Positions 20,642-31,547 of a DNA stretch of 64,000 nucleotides are shown here, piece after piece. The notes beneath the pieces were generated by a model. That model had not been told where the DNA came from. It ran no database searches and saw only the letters and a program-made list of their open reading frames with translations. The position numbers were made by a program, and so were the translations under genes. The stretch comes from a virus. How positions within the stretch are numbered: the stretch's first letter is position 1; the number at the start of each line of letters is the position of its first letter. The DNA is taken from IMG/VR virus record IMGVR_UViG_3300006065_000002; one strand, given 5' to 3'.

Positions 20642-23062
20642 ATGAATAATTACTTCGATAAGGCTGTTCATTATTTAGGACAAAACAATAAAAATATATT
20701 CATCATTAATATAGGTGCTATGGATGGTATAACTTTTGATGAATTATATGGTTATACTCATATATATAATTTTAAAGGTTTATACGTAGAACCAATACCT
20801 TATTTATTCGAAAGATTAAAAGAAAATATTGGGTTAGAAAATAATAAGTTTGAAAATTCGGTTATATCAGATTATAATGGACAAATAGAAATGTTAATGA
20901 TAGACCCAACACCAATTCAAAATGGGATTCTCCATGATTGTTTCTTTGGTATGAGTGCTGTATATCCACCAAAAAATGGGTTGGGTTCAGAAGGGGATAG
21001 AGAAACCGTTGAAAAATATGGGCAAAAAATAAATGTTCCATGTATAACTTTACAAAATTTATTTGATAAACATAACATATATACTTTTGATATATTAAAA
21101 ATAGATGCTGAGGGTCACGATTTCACTATTTTCAAACAACTTGATTTTAATAAGTTTAACCCAAAAGTGGTTAGATTAGAATGGATAAATCTCTCAGATG
21201 ATGAAAAAAACCATATTGTTGAAAAATTCAAAATGTTTAATTATCATTTTGAAGTAATGGATCAAGATATAACAGGTATTTCAAATGAAATGTATAATAT
21301 ATTAGTAAACCAAAATACTACTACTAATAATAATATAATTGATACAAAACCTAATCTTAATCAAGATTCTGAAGTTACTATTGTTACAGGAATATGGGAT
21401 ATTAGAAGAGAAAATTTAACAGAAAACTGGAGTAGAAGTTTCGATCACTATTTATCACATTTAAAAAGACTAATGAAAACAGAAATGAATATGATAATTT
21501 TTATTGAAGAAAAATATCGGTCATTTGTTGAAGAAAATAGAAAAAAAGAAAACACATTAGTTGTTGTAAGAGAATTGGATTGGTTTAAATCGAATACGTT
21601 TTTTTATGAATCAATTCAAAATATTAGAAAAAAACCAGAATGGTATAATCAATCAGGTTGGTTAAAAGATAGTACCCAATGTAGTTTAGAAATGTATAAT
21701 CCAATTGTAATGTCTAAAATGTTTTTATTAAACGATGCTAGAATAATGGATAAATTCGATTCTAAGTATCTTATTTGGGTTGATGGTGCACTAACGAATA
21801 CAGTAAGTGAAGGTTATTTTCATTACGATTATGTTTTAAAAAATGTAAAAGATTATTTTAATAAATTTACGTTTGTTTGTTTTCCATATAACGGAAAAGT
21901 TGAAATACATGGTTTTGAATATAAAAAAATGTGTGAATATAGTAAAACCGATGTTGAAATGGTAGCAAGAGGTGGTATATTTGGTGGACCAAAATCTAGT
22001 ATAAGTAAAATGAATGAAATTTATTATAATTTAATGAATGAAACGTTATCTGAAGGTTTAATGGGTACAGAGGAAAGTTTATTTACTATAATGACTTATC
22101 GTTATCCTGAATTAATTCAATATTATGAAATAGAACAAGATGGTTTGTTATGGTTATTTTTTGAAAATTTAAAAAATAAAACATTAACACCTATGGTAAC
22201 ACGTAAAACGGAAACAAATTATAATGAAAACAATATAAATAATGATTTAGATGAAAATAATGTTGGATTATATGTGATTACTTATAATTCACCTAATCAA
22301 TTTAAATTTTTAATAGAATCTATGTTAGAATATGATAAAAATTTTATTGAAAAACCAAAAAAATATTTATTAAATAATTCTACTGATTTAGATACAACAC
22401 AAAAATATGTAGAATTATGTGAACAATATAATTTCGTACATATTAAAAAAGATAATTTAGGTATTACAGGTGGTAGACAATTTATTGCTGAACATGCTTA
22501 CGAAGAAAATTTAGATTTTTATTTTTTCTTTGAGGATGATATGACTTTTAATGATAAAAAAAATCCTGTATGTAGAAATGGTTTTAATAGAGTGGTAGAT
22601 AACTTATATAATAATTCGTTAACTATTATAAAAAATGAAGGATTTGATTTTCTTAAATTAAACTTTTCAGAGTTTTATGGTGATAATAGTACACAATGGT
22701 CATGGTATAATGTGCCACAACATGTTAGAGAAAATTTTTGGCCAAATTATTGTACATTACCTAAAATCGGTTTAGATCCTAACGCACCTAGAACTGTTTT
22801 TAAAAATATTAAATCATATAACGGAATACCTTATGCAAATGGTGAAATATACTTGTGTAATTGGCCACAAGTAATGTCTAAACATGGAAATAAAAAATGT
22901 TATATTACAACAAAATTTCAACACCCATTTGAACAGACAATAATGAGTCATGTTTATCAAGAAACAAAAAAAGGAGATATAAATCCTGGAATTTTATTAA
23001 TAACACCCACAGAACATAATAGATTTGAATTTTATGATGCGAAGTTGAGAAAAGAGTGTTAA
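20642..23062 (+). CDS. Fusion: FkbM methyltransferase + HtrL-like + GT2-like domains
   Basis: NIGAMDG/VEP/LKIDAEG; LIWVDGA, GGIFGG, GTEESL; GITGGRQF, FFEDDM. Confidence 0.75.
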   Translation: MNNYFDKAVHYLGQNNKNIFIINIGAMDGITFDELYGYTHIYNFKGLYVEPIPYLFERLKENIGLENNKFENSVISDYNGQIEMLMIDPTPIQNGILHDCFFGMSAVYPPKNGLGSEGDRETVEKYGQKINVPCITLQNLFDKHNIYTFDILKIDAEGHDFTIFKQLDFNKFNPKVVRLEWINLSDDEKNHIVEKFKMFNYHFEVMDQDITGISNEMYNILVNQNTTTNNNIIDTKPNLNQDSEVTIVTGIWDIRRENLTENWSRSFDHYLSHLKRLMKTEMNMIIFIEEKYRSFVEENRKKENTLVVVRELDWFKSNTFFYESIQNIRKKPEWYNQSGWLKDSTQCSLEMYNPIVMSKMFLLNDARIMDKFDSKYLIWVDGALTNTVSEGYFHYDYVLKNVKDYFNKFTFVCFPYNGKVEIHGFEYKKMCEYSKTDVEMVARGGIFGGPKSSISKMNEIYYNLMNETLSEGLMGTEESLFTIMTYRYPELIQYYEIEQDGLLWLFFENLKNKTLTPMVTRKTETNYNENNINNDLDENNVGLYVITYNSPNQFKFLIESMLEYDKNFIEKPKKYLLNNSTDLDTTQKYVELCEQYNFVHIKKDNLGITGGRQFIAEHAYEENLDFYFFFEDDMTFNDKKNPVCRNGFNRVVDNLYNNSLTIIKNEGFDFLKLNFSEFYGDNSTQWSWYNVPQHVRENFWPNYCTLPKIGLDPNAPRTVFKNIKSYNGIPYANGEIYLCNWPQVMSKHGNKKCYITTKFQHPFEQTIMSHVYQETKKGDINPGILLITPTEHNRFEFYDAKLRKEC

Positions 23063-23073
23063 CAATATTAAAG

Positions 23074-23103
23074 AAATTAAACCCACTTATTTAGTGGGTT
23101 TTG
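23074..23103. terminator. Intrinsic terminator
   Basis: AAACCCAC-TTATTTA-GTGGGTTTT. Confidence 0.75.
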
Positions 23104-23310
23104 TTTCTGGTTTTTGTAATCCTTTTTTATGTTCTTCTTTTTTGTCATAATCTCTTTTTACAGCATCCTTATGTTTTTTTAGGATTTCCTGTTTTTCTTC
23201 TTCGGTTAATTTTAAAATATTCATGGTTAAGATTTTTAAACGTTTATTATTAAATATATATTTATTATTTATATATATAATATAAGTATAAAAAAGAATA
23301 AAATAAAGAT

Positions 23311-24087
23311 ATGAAATTAATTTTATCCGAAAATCAAATAAAAAACTTACAACAATACTTGTTTAATGAAGAACTTAATGATAATAAAGTTTATACCGAC
23401 CATGATAGAGTATGGAATTATAGAGTAGTTAATGGTCAATGGGAAACTGCAAAAAAAGTTGAACCTAATAAATGGTTTTCATTATCTGATCCTAAATTTA
23501 AACCTGCAATTGAAAAATTAGACAACAAATATCCTGATGCAAGAAAAAAAATAAACAATTCTTTTAATCACCCATCTTTAGATCTCCCAATAGAAAAAAT
23601 AAAACCTATTGTGAAAACTAAAATAGAACAAGATCCAATAGAAAAAAAAATTAAACATGTTAAAAGTAATTATATACATCCGTTAAAAGGTAAAGGTAGA
23701 ATTACAAGTAGGTTTGGAAAAAGAAGTATTAACGTATCGGGAGCATCAACTGAACATAAGGGTATCGATATTGCGGTTGAATCGGGTACACCAGTTTTTT
23801 CACCTGAAAATGGAGTTGTTTTGTTTGCTAAAGATACCACACCAAATGGTTGTGGTGGTTTTATAAAAATAAATCACGGAGACTTTATAACAAAGTATTG
23901 CCATTTGAGTAAATGGGTGGTAAAACAAGGTCAAAATGTTAAAAAGGGACAATTGATAGGTTATAGTGGTGGTGGTAAAAATGACCCCTATAAAGGTACT
24001 AGCAATGGTGCTCATTTACATTATGAAATACGTACTTTAGATAATATAGCACAAAATCCCGAAAACTTTCATAATAACTTGGTTTAA
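23311..24087 (+). CDS. M23 family peptidase with MKLILSENQ leader
   Basis: HKGID, YCHL, GAHLHYE. Confidence 0.9.
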   Translation: MKLILSENQIKNLQQYLFNEELNDNKVYTDHDRVWNYRVVNGQWETAKKVEPNKWFSLSDPKFKPAIEKLDNKYPDARKKINNSFNHPSLDLPIEKIKPIVKTKIEQDPIEKKIKHVKSNYIHPLKGKGRITSRFGKRSINVSGASTEHKGIDIAVESGTPVFSPENGVVLFAKDTTPNGCGGFIKINHGDFITKYCHLSKWVVKQGQNVKKGQLIGYSGGGKNDPYKGTSNGAHLHYEIRTLDNIAQNPENFHNNLV

Positions 24088-24142
24088 TTTAGTTTTTGTT
24101 ATAATAATTGATAATTATGAATAATTTAAATCAAATTAGAAT

Positions 24143-24382
24143 ATGAAAATACATGAATTTTATTATGATGAAGATTGTAGAAATTTATACGTTGAATTTT
24201 CCACAAAACAAGATAGTACCGATTATTATAGAATATTAGAACTAGACTATAATGATATTTTATATTACTCACCTGAAATATTAGATGATTATGAATTGAA
24301 AAAATTGACTAAGCATCAAATTATTGATATTATAAATCAATATTTAACTGAAAATGATTTACCCGAACAACTTACTTTGTGA
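24143..24382 (+). CDS. Hypothetical protein
   Basis: 79 aa ORF. Confidence 0.65.
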   Translation: MKIHEFYYDEDCRNLYVEFSTKQDSTDYYRILELDYNDILYYSPEILDDYELKKLTKHQIIDIINQYLTENDLPEQLTL

Positions 24383-24393
24383 TATTTATTTAT

Positions 24394-24786
24394 ATGAGTT
24401 TTTTAGATGAAAATAAAAAAGAATTATTAAACAAATTTGTTAAATTTGTTAAAAAAGAATTAGGTATTAAAAAAATACCTACAATTGTTGTTCAAAACCA
24501 TAGAAAAGATATTAAAACAACCGCAAATTATGATTATTCAAAAGAAAATAAAATAATAAAAGTTTCTATGAAAAATCGTGCTTTAGTTGATGTAATGAGA
24601 AGTTTAGGTCACGAGTTAACACATCATAAACAATGGGAACAAGGTAGATTAAAAGTAAAACCACCAGATATAGGATGTGAAATAGAAAATGAAGCAAATG
24701 CTAAAGCTGGTGAATTAATAAAATTATTTTCTTTAAAAGAAAAAAAAATATACGATGAAAATATTAATATCAGAAAAACAATTTAA
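24394..24786 (+). CDS. HExxH metallopeptidase-like protein
   Basis: RSLGHELTHHKQ...ENEANA. Confidence 0.6.
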   Translation: MSFLDENKKELLNKFVKFVKKELGIKKIPTIVVQNHRKDIKTTANYDYSKENKIIKVSMKNRALVDVMRSLGHELTHHKQWEQGRLKVKPPDIGCEIENEANAKAGELIKLFSLKEKKIYDENINIRKTI

Positions 24787-25027
24787 ACAATTAATTGATA
24801 AAGTTACGGAAAGAGAAATGGATGAACAAGAAATGGTTGATCCAACACCAAAATCAGGTACATCATACAAACAAAGTGGGGCTGAAGGTTATCCCGAAGT
24901 CACAACATGGGACGAAGTAGTTGGTAGTAAAATAACAAGAGGACCAGATAATCAATTAGGAAATACAAAATGGGATGATGTCGTTGGTAGATTATTAAAA
25001 AGAGATGCTGCTAATCAACTGAAATAA
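24755..25027 (+). CDS. Hypothetical protein with MKILISEKQ leader
   Basis: 90 aa; internal WD.VVG repeat. Confidence 0.7.
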   Translation: MKILISEKQFKQLIDKVTEREMDEQEMVDPTPKSGTSYKQSGAEGYPEVTTWDEVVGSKITRGPDNQLGNTKWDDVVGRLLKRDAANQLK

Positions 25028-25100
25028 CGGAAAGTTAATAATAATAATAATATATTTATATTAAAAACGGAAAGTTAATATATTTATTATTAAAATAAAA

Positions 25101-26324
25101 ATGAATTATAAAGGATTTGATATAAGTGATTTTGAAAAAAATAGAATCAAAGATTTATATAGTCTTAAAAATAAAAATACATATGTGTTCGAGGCTTGTA
25201 TTTCTTTAGATAATCGTTTTTTTATTTTACAAGATGAAGTATTTGATATAAAAGATAAAAAATATATCGGATATATTTGGGAAAGTATAGATATTTTCAA
25301 AAACATTTTTAATACAGTCACAATAGACGATAGTGAATATATTCAATTACAAGAAAATTGGAAATCTTTACCTATATTAGAAAGTAAAAAAAATTTATAT
25401 CAATTAAGAGATTTAATTTTAGAATTTGATTTTTTCAAAGATACCTGGTTAGGGAGAAAAACAGTTGAAACATCAACAAATGTAAAAGATAGTGTGACTG
25501 CAGGAATAGAAGGTCTTAAAGAGTTTGGTGTTTCTATAAGTACAGGTGAATGGTCAGAAATTTTATCTTTATTAAAAAAAGGTGTGATTTGGATTTTAAG
25601 AAAATTAAAGAGTGCAGCATATAGTACTGCCGGTATTATAGTAGACGCTATTCTTATTGCAACTGGTATAGGTAAAGGATTTCAAATGGGTGCTTGGGGT
25701 TTAATTACAGCTCTTGATGCTTATCAGATAATGAACAATGATTGGCCTGAAGGTGATAATAGAAGTCCTGTTTGGAAATATTTAGATCTAGGTTTTGATT
25801 TATTAGGGTTAGTATTTGCTGGTGTTGCTGCAAAAGGCGCAAAAGCAATATTTAAACCATTAAGTAATTTAAAACCAATTGAAATGGCTAAATATGTTAG
25901 TAGAAACCCTAAAATGAAGAGTATAATACAAAAAATATATACCGCTACTAAAACAGCTGGTTCTAAACTTAAAGAATTACAATCAATATTAAGAAAAAAA
26001 TGGCCTAATGGAGCAAATTTTATAAATAGAATTTTAAGTGGATTTGAAAAATTAATGACTAACTTACGTACATATTGTGGACAAATTTTATCTAAATCAA
26101 ATTTAAAAAGTGTTCAAAACGCTAAAACAACTGGTGGTGTTAATACTGTTGGTTTAGGTACTAAACAAGGAATAAAAAAAGCAAGTACTGCCGCTGGGGT
26201 ATCTGGCGGTTTAGTATATGGTACAGAAAAAATGTTCGGTGGTGATAAAAATGACCCCGATATTTTAGATTATAATAATATGATAAACATAAAAGATATT
26301 GAGTTTGATTATGATGAAATTTAA
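25101..26324 (+). CDS. Hypothetical protein with hydrophobic Gly/Ala-rich segments (putative virion protein)
   Basis: 407 aa ORF; TATTTAT motifs upstream. Confidence 0.75.
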   Translation: MNYKGFDISDFEKNRIKDLYSLKNKNTYVFEACISLDNRFFILQDEVFDIKDKKYIGYIWESIDIFKNIFNTVTIDDSEYIQLQENWKSLPILESKKNLYQLRDLILEFDFFKDTWLGRKTVETSTNVKDSVTAGIEGLKEFGVSISTGEWSEILSLLKKGVIWILRKLKSAAYSTAGIIVDAILIATGIGKGFQMGAWGLITALDAYQIMNNDWPEGDNRSPVWKYLDLGFDLLGLVFAGVAAKGAKAIFKPLSNLKPIEMAKYVSRNPKMKSIIQKIYTATKTAGSKLKELQSILRKKWPNGANFINRILSGFEKLMTNLRTYCGQILSKSNLKSVQNAKTTGGVNTVGLGTKQGIKKASTAAGVSGGLVYGTEKMFGGDKNDPDILDYNNMINIKDIEFDYDEI

Positions 26325-28563
26325 TGAAATATTGGAACAAAAAGAAATTAATGAAATTTCTTTTTTACGAGGTGTTCTTTCAGGATATAAAGGGGCCATG
26401 TCACTTAAAGCTTTAAAAGGTTCAGGAAATAGTACATTAAAAAAATTGGCGTTATCTATAGATGATGTTTATAAATTTTCTAGAACACATAAAGGTGAAA
26501 TGTCTAAATTTGGTAGTGCTGATGATATTTTAACAGCAATTAGTAAAGGTGCATTGACAAATAACCAATGGAGAGATTTATATACAGGATTTTTAAAATC
26601 TGCTAATACACCATATAAATTAATTGATGATTTAGCTAGAGACATTATTTCTAATCCAACGTTTATTTCTAAATATTCAAAATATACAAGTGAAAGTGCT
26701 CTTAGAAAAGCACTACAAAGTAAAGGATACGCGAATCATTCTATCGACTCTATTGTTGCACACATCAAATCTAATGGGGCTGGAAGATATAATCTAGGTA
26801 AAACCATAACAACTACCACTACAACAGGAAAACCCCCTATAAAACCAACCAGAACTAAAATATTGGATATACTAAAAAAATACGGTAAAAGGGGGTTAAA
26901 AATATCTGGTATCGTCGCATTATTTGGTATAGTATTAATAGGATATAAACTTTTCAGTAAATCAACTACAAATGATGAATTACAAGCTATTTTAGATGAT
27001 ATAAAAAATGTATTTCCAAACTGTGTAATAAAACTGGTATTAAGATTAAGAAATAGTGTTTATTTAGTTTATGATGAAGAAACTACTGAAATTGATTATA
27101 TTTATTTCAACCAAACAGGTATTGAAGAATTCGATTCTGTTGGTGATTTGAAATTTTATCCTGATGGACGTGTTGCAACTGGTGATGATACAAAAACCGG
27201 TACTTATACATGTAAAGAAGATGATATAATAATTACATGGGATGGTGAAAATCAAACATCAACTGATCAAACCGAACCAAGTAGTTCTACTGGTATTAGA
27301 TATAAACCATGTACAGAATTTCCGTTCCAATTTGGTTGTAAAAACGATGCAATTAAAGAAATTCAAATATGTTTAGGTTTTCCTGAAAAATATCAAACAG
27401 GAAACTTCGGTTCGATAACAAAAGATACGTTAGAAAAAGTTGGTTATTATCTTGAAGATGGTATAACTCGAGGTATGTATGAAGATATTGTAACAAAATG
27501 TGCTAAAGGTGAAAGAATAGCTGCAAGAGACAGGAGTAAATCACAAATGCCACCTTTAACACCAAAACCTGGTAAAGCAACAGTTGAACCAAGAAATCCA
27601 GAAAATTTAGAACAACTTGCAACACCCAAAGAAACACCAAAATCGGTTTTTAATAAATATAAAGAAGCTAAACTTTTAGAATTTAACCAAAATAAAACAA
27701 TAATTAAATATAAAGGAGATACTATTCCACCTAATGATTTATCAAAACTAGATGAATTTTTTAGTGGATATGGTTTTACACGAATTAAACAAAAACAAAT
27801 AAGAAAAGGGGAAAGGATAAAATATGTATGGACAAAAAGAGTAAATACAAAAAAAATAGAAGAACTCGTAAAAAGAAATTTACAAGAAAGATATCTTATA
27901 AGTGAATCTTTTAAAAAAATATCGTTAGATGAAGATGAAGATATTAGATTTACAAAAACTATTGATATTTTTTCTCAGTTAATTGATGAAGGTTATGATA
28001 ATGAAAATATTGAAAGAGTAGTTGAAGAACAAATGGATTATTTAAAAAAACTACTTGGTATGAATACTGGTTCATATGATGATTTAAGTACTCGTGATAA
28101 AGTAATAACTACAGGTGGTGGAGCAGCCTTTTCACAATTTAAAGAATATTTGATTGATAAGGTTATGCAACTTTTAGGTTTTAAAGGACCGTTAGCTAGG
28201 GGTGTATCTACCGCTTTAAGTGAAATGAAATTAATGGATTTAATATCTGTTTTTAAAAGTAGAGAGGGTTGTATGTTACATAGTAATGTTGTTGCAAAAG
28301 GTCTATTAGAAGGTATTTTAAGAGTTGTATTAGAATATTCAAGTGATGGAGGTTTTGGTAAAAAAATGTTAAGAAATCTTTTAAGTGAAATTATTAATAA
28401 TTCGGGTTATACTAAAATGATAGGTCAATATGTTTGTACTGCCGCTCATAAAGTTAAAAATATTATAGGTAATTCAAAACAAGAAACAAATAGTAACCCC
28501 CAAAAAAGACAAGTATTAAGACCACCATCTAAACCAATTGAAAACCCTGAAGAATTAGGATAA
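26314..28563 (+). CDS. Large hypothetical protein (putative virion protein)
   Basis: About 750 aa; central TM segment and PG-binding-like GNFGSITKDTL. Confidence 0.75.
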   Translation: MKFNEILEQKEINEISFLRGVLSGYKGAMSLKALKGSGNSTLKKLALSIDDVYKFSRTHKGEMSKFGSADDILTAISKGALTNNQWRDLYTGFLKSANTPYKLIDDLARDIISNPTFISKYSKYTSESALRKALQSKGYANHSIDSIVAHIKSNGAGRYNLGKTITTTTTTGKPPIKPTRTKILDILKKYGKRGLKISGIVALFGIVLIGYKLFSKSTTNDELQAILDDIKNVFPNCVIKLVLRLRNSVYLVYDEETTEIDYIYFNQTGIEEFDSVGDLKFYPDGRVATGDDTKTGTYTCKEDDIIITWDGENQTSTDQTEPSSSTGIRYKPCTEFPFQFGCKNDAIKEIQICLGFPEKYQTGNFGSITKDTLEKVGYYLEDGITRGMYEDIVTKCAKGERIAARDRSKSQMPPLTPKPGKATVEPRNPENLEQLATPKETPKSVFNKYKEAKLLEFNQNKTIIKYKGDTIPPNDLSKLDEFFSGYGFTRIKQKQIRKGERIKYVWTKRVNTKKIEELVKRNLQERYLISESFKKISLDEDEDIRFTKTIDIFSQLIDEGYDNENIERVVEEQMDYLKKLLGMNTGSYDDLSTRDKVITTGGGAAFSQFKEYLIDKVMQLLGFKGPLARGVSTALSEMKLMDLISVFKSREGCMLHSNVVAKGLLEGILRVVLEYSSDGGFGKKMLRNLLSEIINNSGYTKMIGQYVCTAAHKVKNIIGNSKQETNSNPQKRQVLRPPSKPIENPEELG

Positions 28564-28731
28564 AAATAATATAAAACCCCAAAAAATTTGGGGTTTTGTT
28601 TTGTTTGTTAATATTTATATAAAGATTCATTAGTTTGGTCACTAATTGATGATAAACATTAAAACGAAAAGGGGGTGTTCCATAATCTAGACAAAGAGTC
28701 TCAAAAGGACTCTTTGTTCTTTTAATCATTA

Positions 28732-29135
28732 GGTGGAGAAGATGGGGTTCGAACCCATGTGTTACCGATATGTTATAAATGGACTACACGTTTATTTGAT
28801 TAATTCACAACCAACAAATATTTGATTCCTATTTTGACATTGTTATCAAAAACTGTGTCAGGTTCACTTTTATTGAAGTAGCACCCTGAACGAAACTTCT
28901 GATACATTTAAGAAAGTACCCAACTATAAGACTTCTGTTGATAGGTTAATGTCCACCGACCCCTTGTGTTGTATACCTCTTAGGCTACAGCCACTTCAGA
29001 AGTTGCCAATAAACCAGCAATTTCCATATTGCGATAAATTTCGCCTGTTGTTTTTTGAATCAGTTTTTAAGAAGTTAATTCAGCTTCTACGTGCCCATTG
29101 ACCCCATTATCGATAGTCAATTCCATACCTTCCCC
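28732..29135 (-). ncRNA. ssrA: tmRNA
   Basis: 5' GGGGAAG pairs with 3' CTTCTCC-A including G3.U70; T-arm GGGTTCGAACCC; tag ORF GEIYRNMEIAGLLATSEVAVA* at 28980-29045. Confidence 0.92.
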
Positions 29136-29142
29136 TTATATT

Positions 29143-29367
29143 TTAATCATCCCAAACATTACATTGAAAAACATCTATTAATGAATGGTCTGGTTTTATT
29201 GTCGTCCAACCTATAACTAAATATTCTCTAGTATCTATGTCACATACAATTTCACCAGGTGAAAATTTATTAGGATCTTCATATGGAAAACTAAAATATC
29301 TTAAACCTGTAACTATATGTTCTAAAATAGCCCAGTATGTTGTTACCTTAGATACTTCTATTTCCAT
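29143..29367 (-). CDS. Hypothetical protein
   Basis: 74 aa ORF. Confidence 0.55.
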   Translation of the reverse strand: MEIEVSKVTTYWAILEHIVTGLRYFSFPYEDPNKFSPGEIVCDIDTREYLVIGWTTIKPDHSLIDVFQCNVWDD

Positions 29368-29430
29368 ATCACAATCTTTTTTTCTTTTAAATATAAAATT
29401 TTTTATTTTTTTTTAAACACATAATATTAA

Positions 29431-30105
29431 TTAAATTTTTAAAGGTAAATATTTACCATAAATAGTTTCAAAAAGTTCTTTATTCTGTTTCCACTCATCA
29501 TTAGTTATACCAATAGATTTATGTGTTATGTTAAATTTGGTTGTTACACCTATTTTTACACCTTCAATCTTATTAGATACACAAAATGAAATATCATAGT
29601 GATGAAATCCCTTGAACCTTTCATCAAATGGTTTTTTTATTTTATTTTTATCTATAACAATAAATAAACCATCGATACATGAAACTTCTTTTGGTGTATC
29701 GGGATATGATTCTTTACAAAATTTACTCAACCATCGTTTACCATCTTTTTGATGATAAACATGTCCAATAGATGATGTATTATCTTGCCACCATAAACCA
29801 CTTAATAAATTAGTTGTTCCTGCTATACCGATAATACCAAATTCAGGATTTCTTTCAAAAATACGAATAATTTTTTCATTCATATTTTTAGTACCAAAAA
29901 TGAGATCATCATGCATAAAAACAACAATATCATTTGTTGACTCATTTAAACCTTTATTATAAATTTCAGTTAAACTATATTGACCGTTATTTTCATAAAA
30001 AAGTAGTTCCACTTTTGGATGTGAAAACATTTTTTTTACGTGAGTAACATAGTTTTCATCAATTTTCTTGGTAGATACTACAATAGATACAACATTTTTC
30101 ATCAT
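29431..30105 (-). CDS. GT2-like glycosyltransferase
   Basis: YNKGLNESTNDIVVFMHDDL, IDGLF, FHHYDI. Confidence 0.8.
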   Translation of the reverse strand: MMKNVVSIVVSTKKIDENYVTHVKKMFSHPKVELLFYENNGQYSLTEIYNKGLNESTNDIVVFMHDDLIFGTKNMNEKIIRIFERNPEFGIIGIAGTTNLLSGLWWQDNTSSIGHVYHQKDGKRWLSKFCKESYPDTPKEVSCIDGLFIVIDKNKIKKPFDERFKGFHHYDISFCVSNKIEGVKIGVTTKFNITHKSIGITNDEWKQNKELFETIYGKYLPLKI

Positions 30106-30153
30106 AAAAAGTTTATGTCATTAGTAAATTCATCCCAATCGAAAATTATTGGT

Positions 30154-30312
30154 TCATTTTACTTTTTTATATTGTTCATTTAACTGTGATGGATTTATAA
30201 AATGAGTTTTACCATTAAAATGATATCCATAACCACCATTAACGTGACCAAATATGTGTATTTTTGGTTTTATTTCCATAATATGGGTATCCGATATACA
30301 AACAATTCTTTT
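30154..30312 (-). pseudogene. Internally deleted metallophosphoesterase
   Basis: MKRIVCISDTH is joined directly to KPKIHIFGH...THFIN; the core is missing. Confidence 0.6.
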
Positions 30313-30977
30313 CATTTTAATATTAAATATTATTAAATTACCGTTTTCAAGTGATTTACGAATCCATCTCATTAGAGTTATTGCTTTAAATTGTGGATAT
30401 TAATAAGTTGTTTTAAATTCTTCATCCATACTATCAATTTCCAATTCATATAAATGATTTTCTGTTTGAATTTGATAATAAACTTTACCGTAACAAATAT
30501 GTGTCAAATTAGCTGTTGTGTCTTTTACTATTGTTTTTAAACTTTCCATAATAAGCAAATAAAAAAATTATTCATTTCAAAGCCAATGATTTAAAACTTT
30601 TGAATATCCATTATTTTGAAATTCATATTCATTGACATCGTTTATAAAATCTTCTTTTCAGTACCACCAACCCTGAATTTCACCTATTTCTTTTTCAAAA
30701 TATTTATAAGCATTTAATGCCTCTTCTTTTGTTTCAAAAATAAATGTATCTTCAAAATTTGTGAAACACCTATAATATTAAAACCCTTTGATTTTATCTT
30801 ATCAATATTTTCTTTAAAATCTGATACATCCCTATTGTGATTATATTTCATAACTTTTTTTTACAAAGATAATAAAAAATATTTAAAAAAACAAAAAAAG
30901 GACGAAAAATCGTCCTTTAAGGAGCTGTACCAGTAGTACAACGTTCCACCACTTGTAATAACAAGATTTTAAAATTG

Positions 30978-31049
30978 TGGTTCATGTCGGGATCGAACCG
31001 ACAACCTGCCGTTTTAGAGACGGTTTCTCTACCATTGAGATAATGAACC
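30978..31049 (-). tRNA. Amber suppressor tRNA (anticodon CUA)
   Basis: GGTTCAT/ATGAACC acceptor, TCTC/GAGA D-stem, loop CT-CTA-AA, GTCGG-TTCGATC-CCGAC T-arm. Confidence 0.85.
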
Positions 31050-31098
31050 AATTGTTAAAAATTTGAAGACAAAAATCCTACACACAAATATAGTAAAT

Positions 31099-31521
31099 TT
31101 ATTCAACATAAACAACAGGTACTTTATTCAAACCAAACCAACTAAATGCTACGATTCTATGCCTTCCTTCCATTATAAAGTTATTCTTATCATTTATTTC
31201 TACGAATATCGCCATTGGTTTATTTCCCTTTTCTAATAAATCAACAATATATTCAGTTCTATTACGTTCATCTGTAAATTTTTTAAATGTACTTTCCATA
31301 TATTCAATAGTATCATAAAACATTGATATAGGTTCTTCCTTATAATAATATTTAATTTTTTCAATTGGTTTATTTAACCATTCACCAACATCTTCCACAT
31401 CACTTAATTGTGATAATTTTATTGCATCATTTAATGTAATTTCTTTGACACCACTTCTTTTTATATTTTCATTTACAAATTCTCTTATAGTAGTTTTAAT
31501 ATACTGTTTTAAATCTTTCAT
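31099..31521 (-). CDS. ParB-N-like protein with MKDLKQYIKTTIREFVNE leader
   Basis: IFVE...IMEGRHRI. Confidence 0.65.
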   Translation of the reverse strand: MKDLKQYIKTTIREFVNENIKRSGVKEITLNDAIKLSQLSDVEDVGEWLNKPIEKIKYYYKEEPISMFYDTIEYMESTFKKFTDERNRTEYIVDLLEKGNKPMAIFVEINDKNNFIMEGRHRIVAFSWFGLNKVPVVYVE

Positions 31522-31547
31522 TGGTTTCTTTTATAAATAAATAGTAT

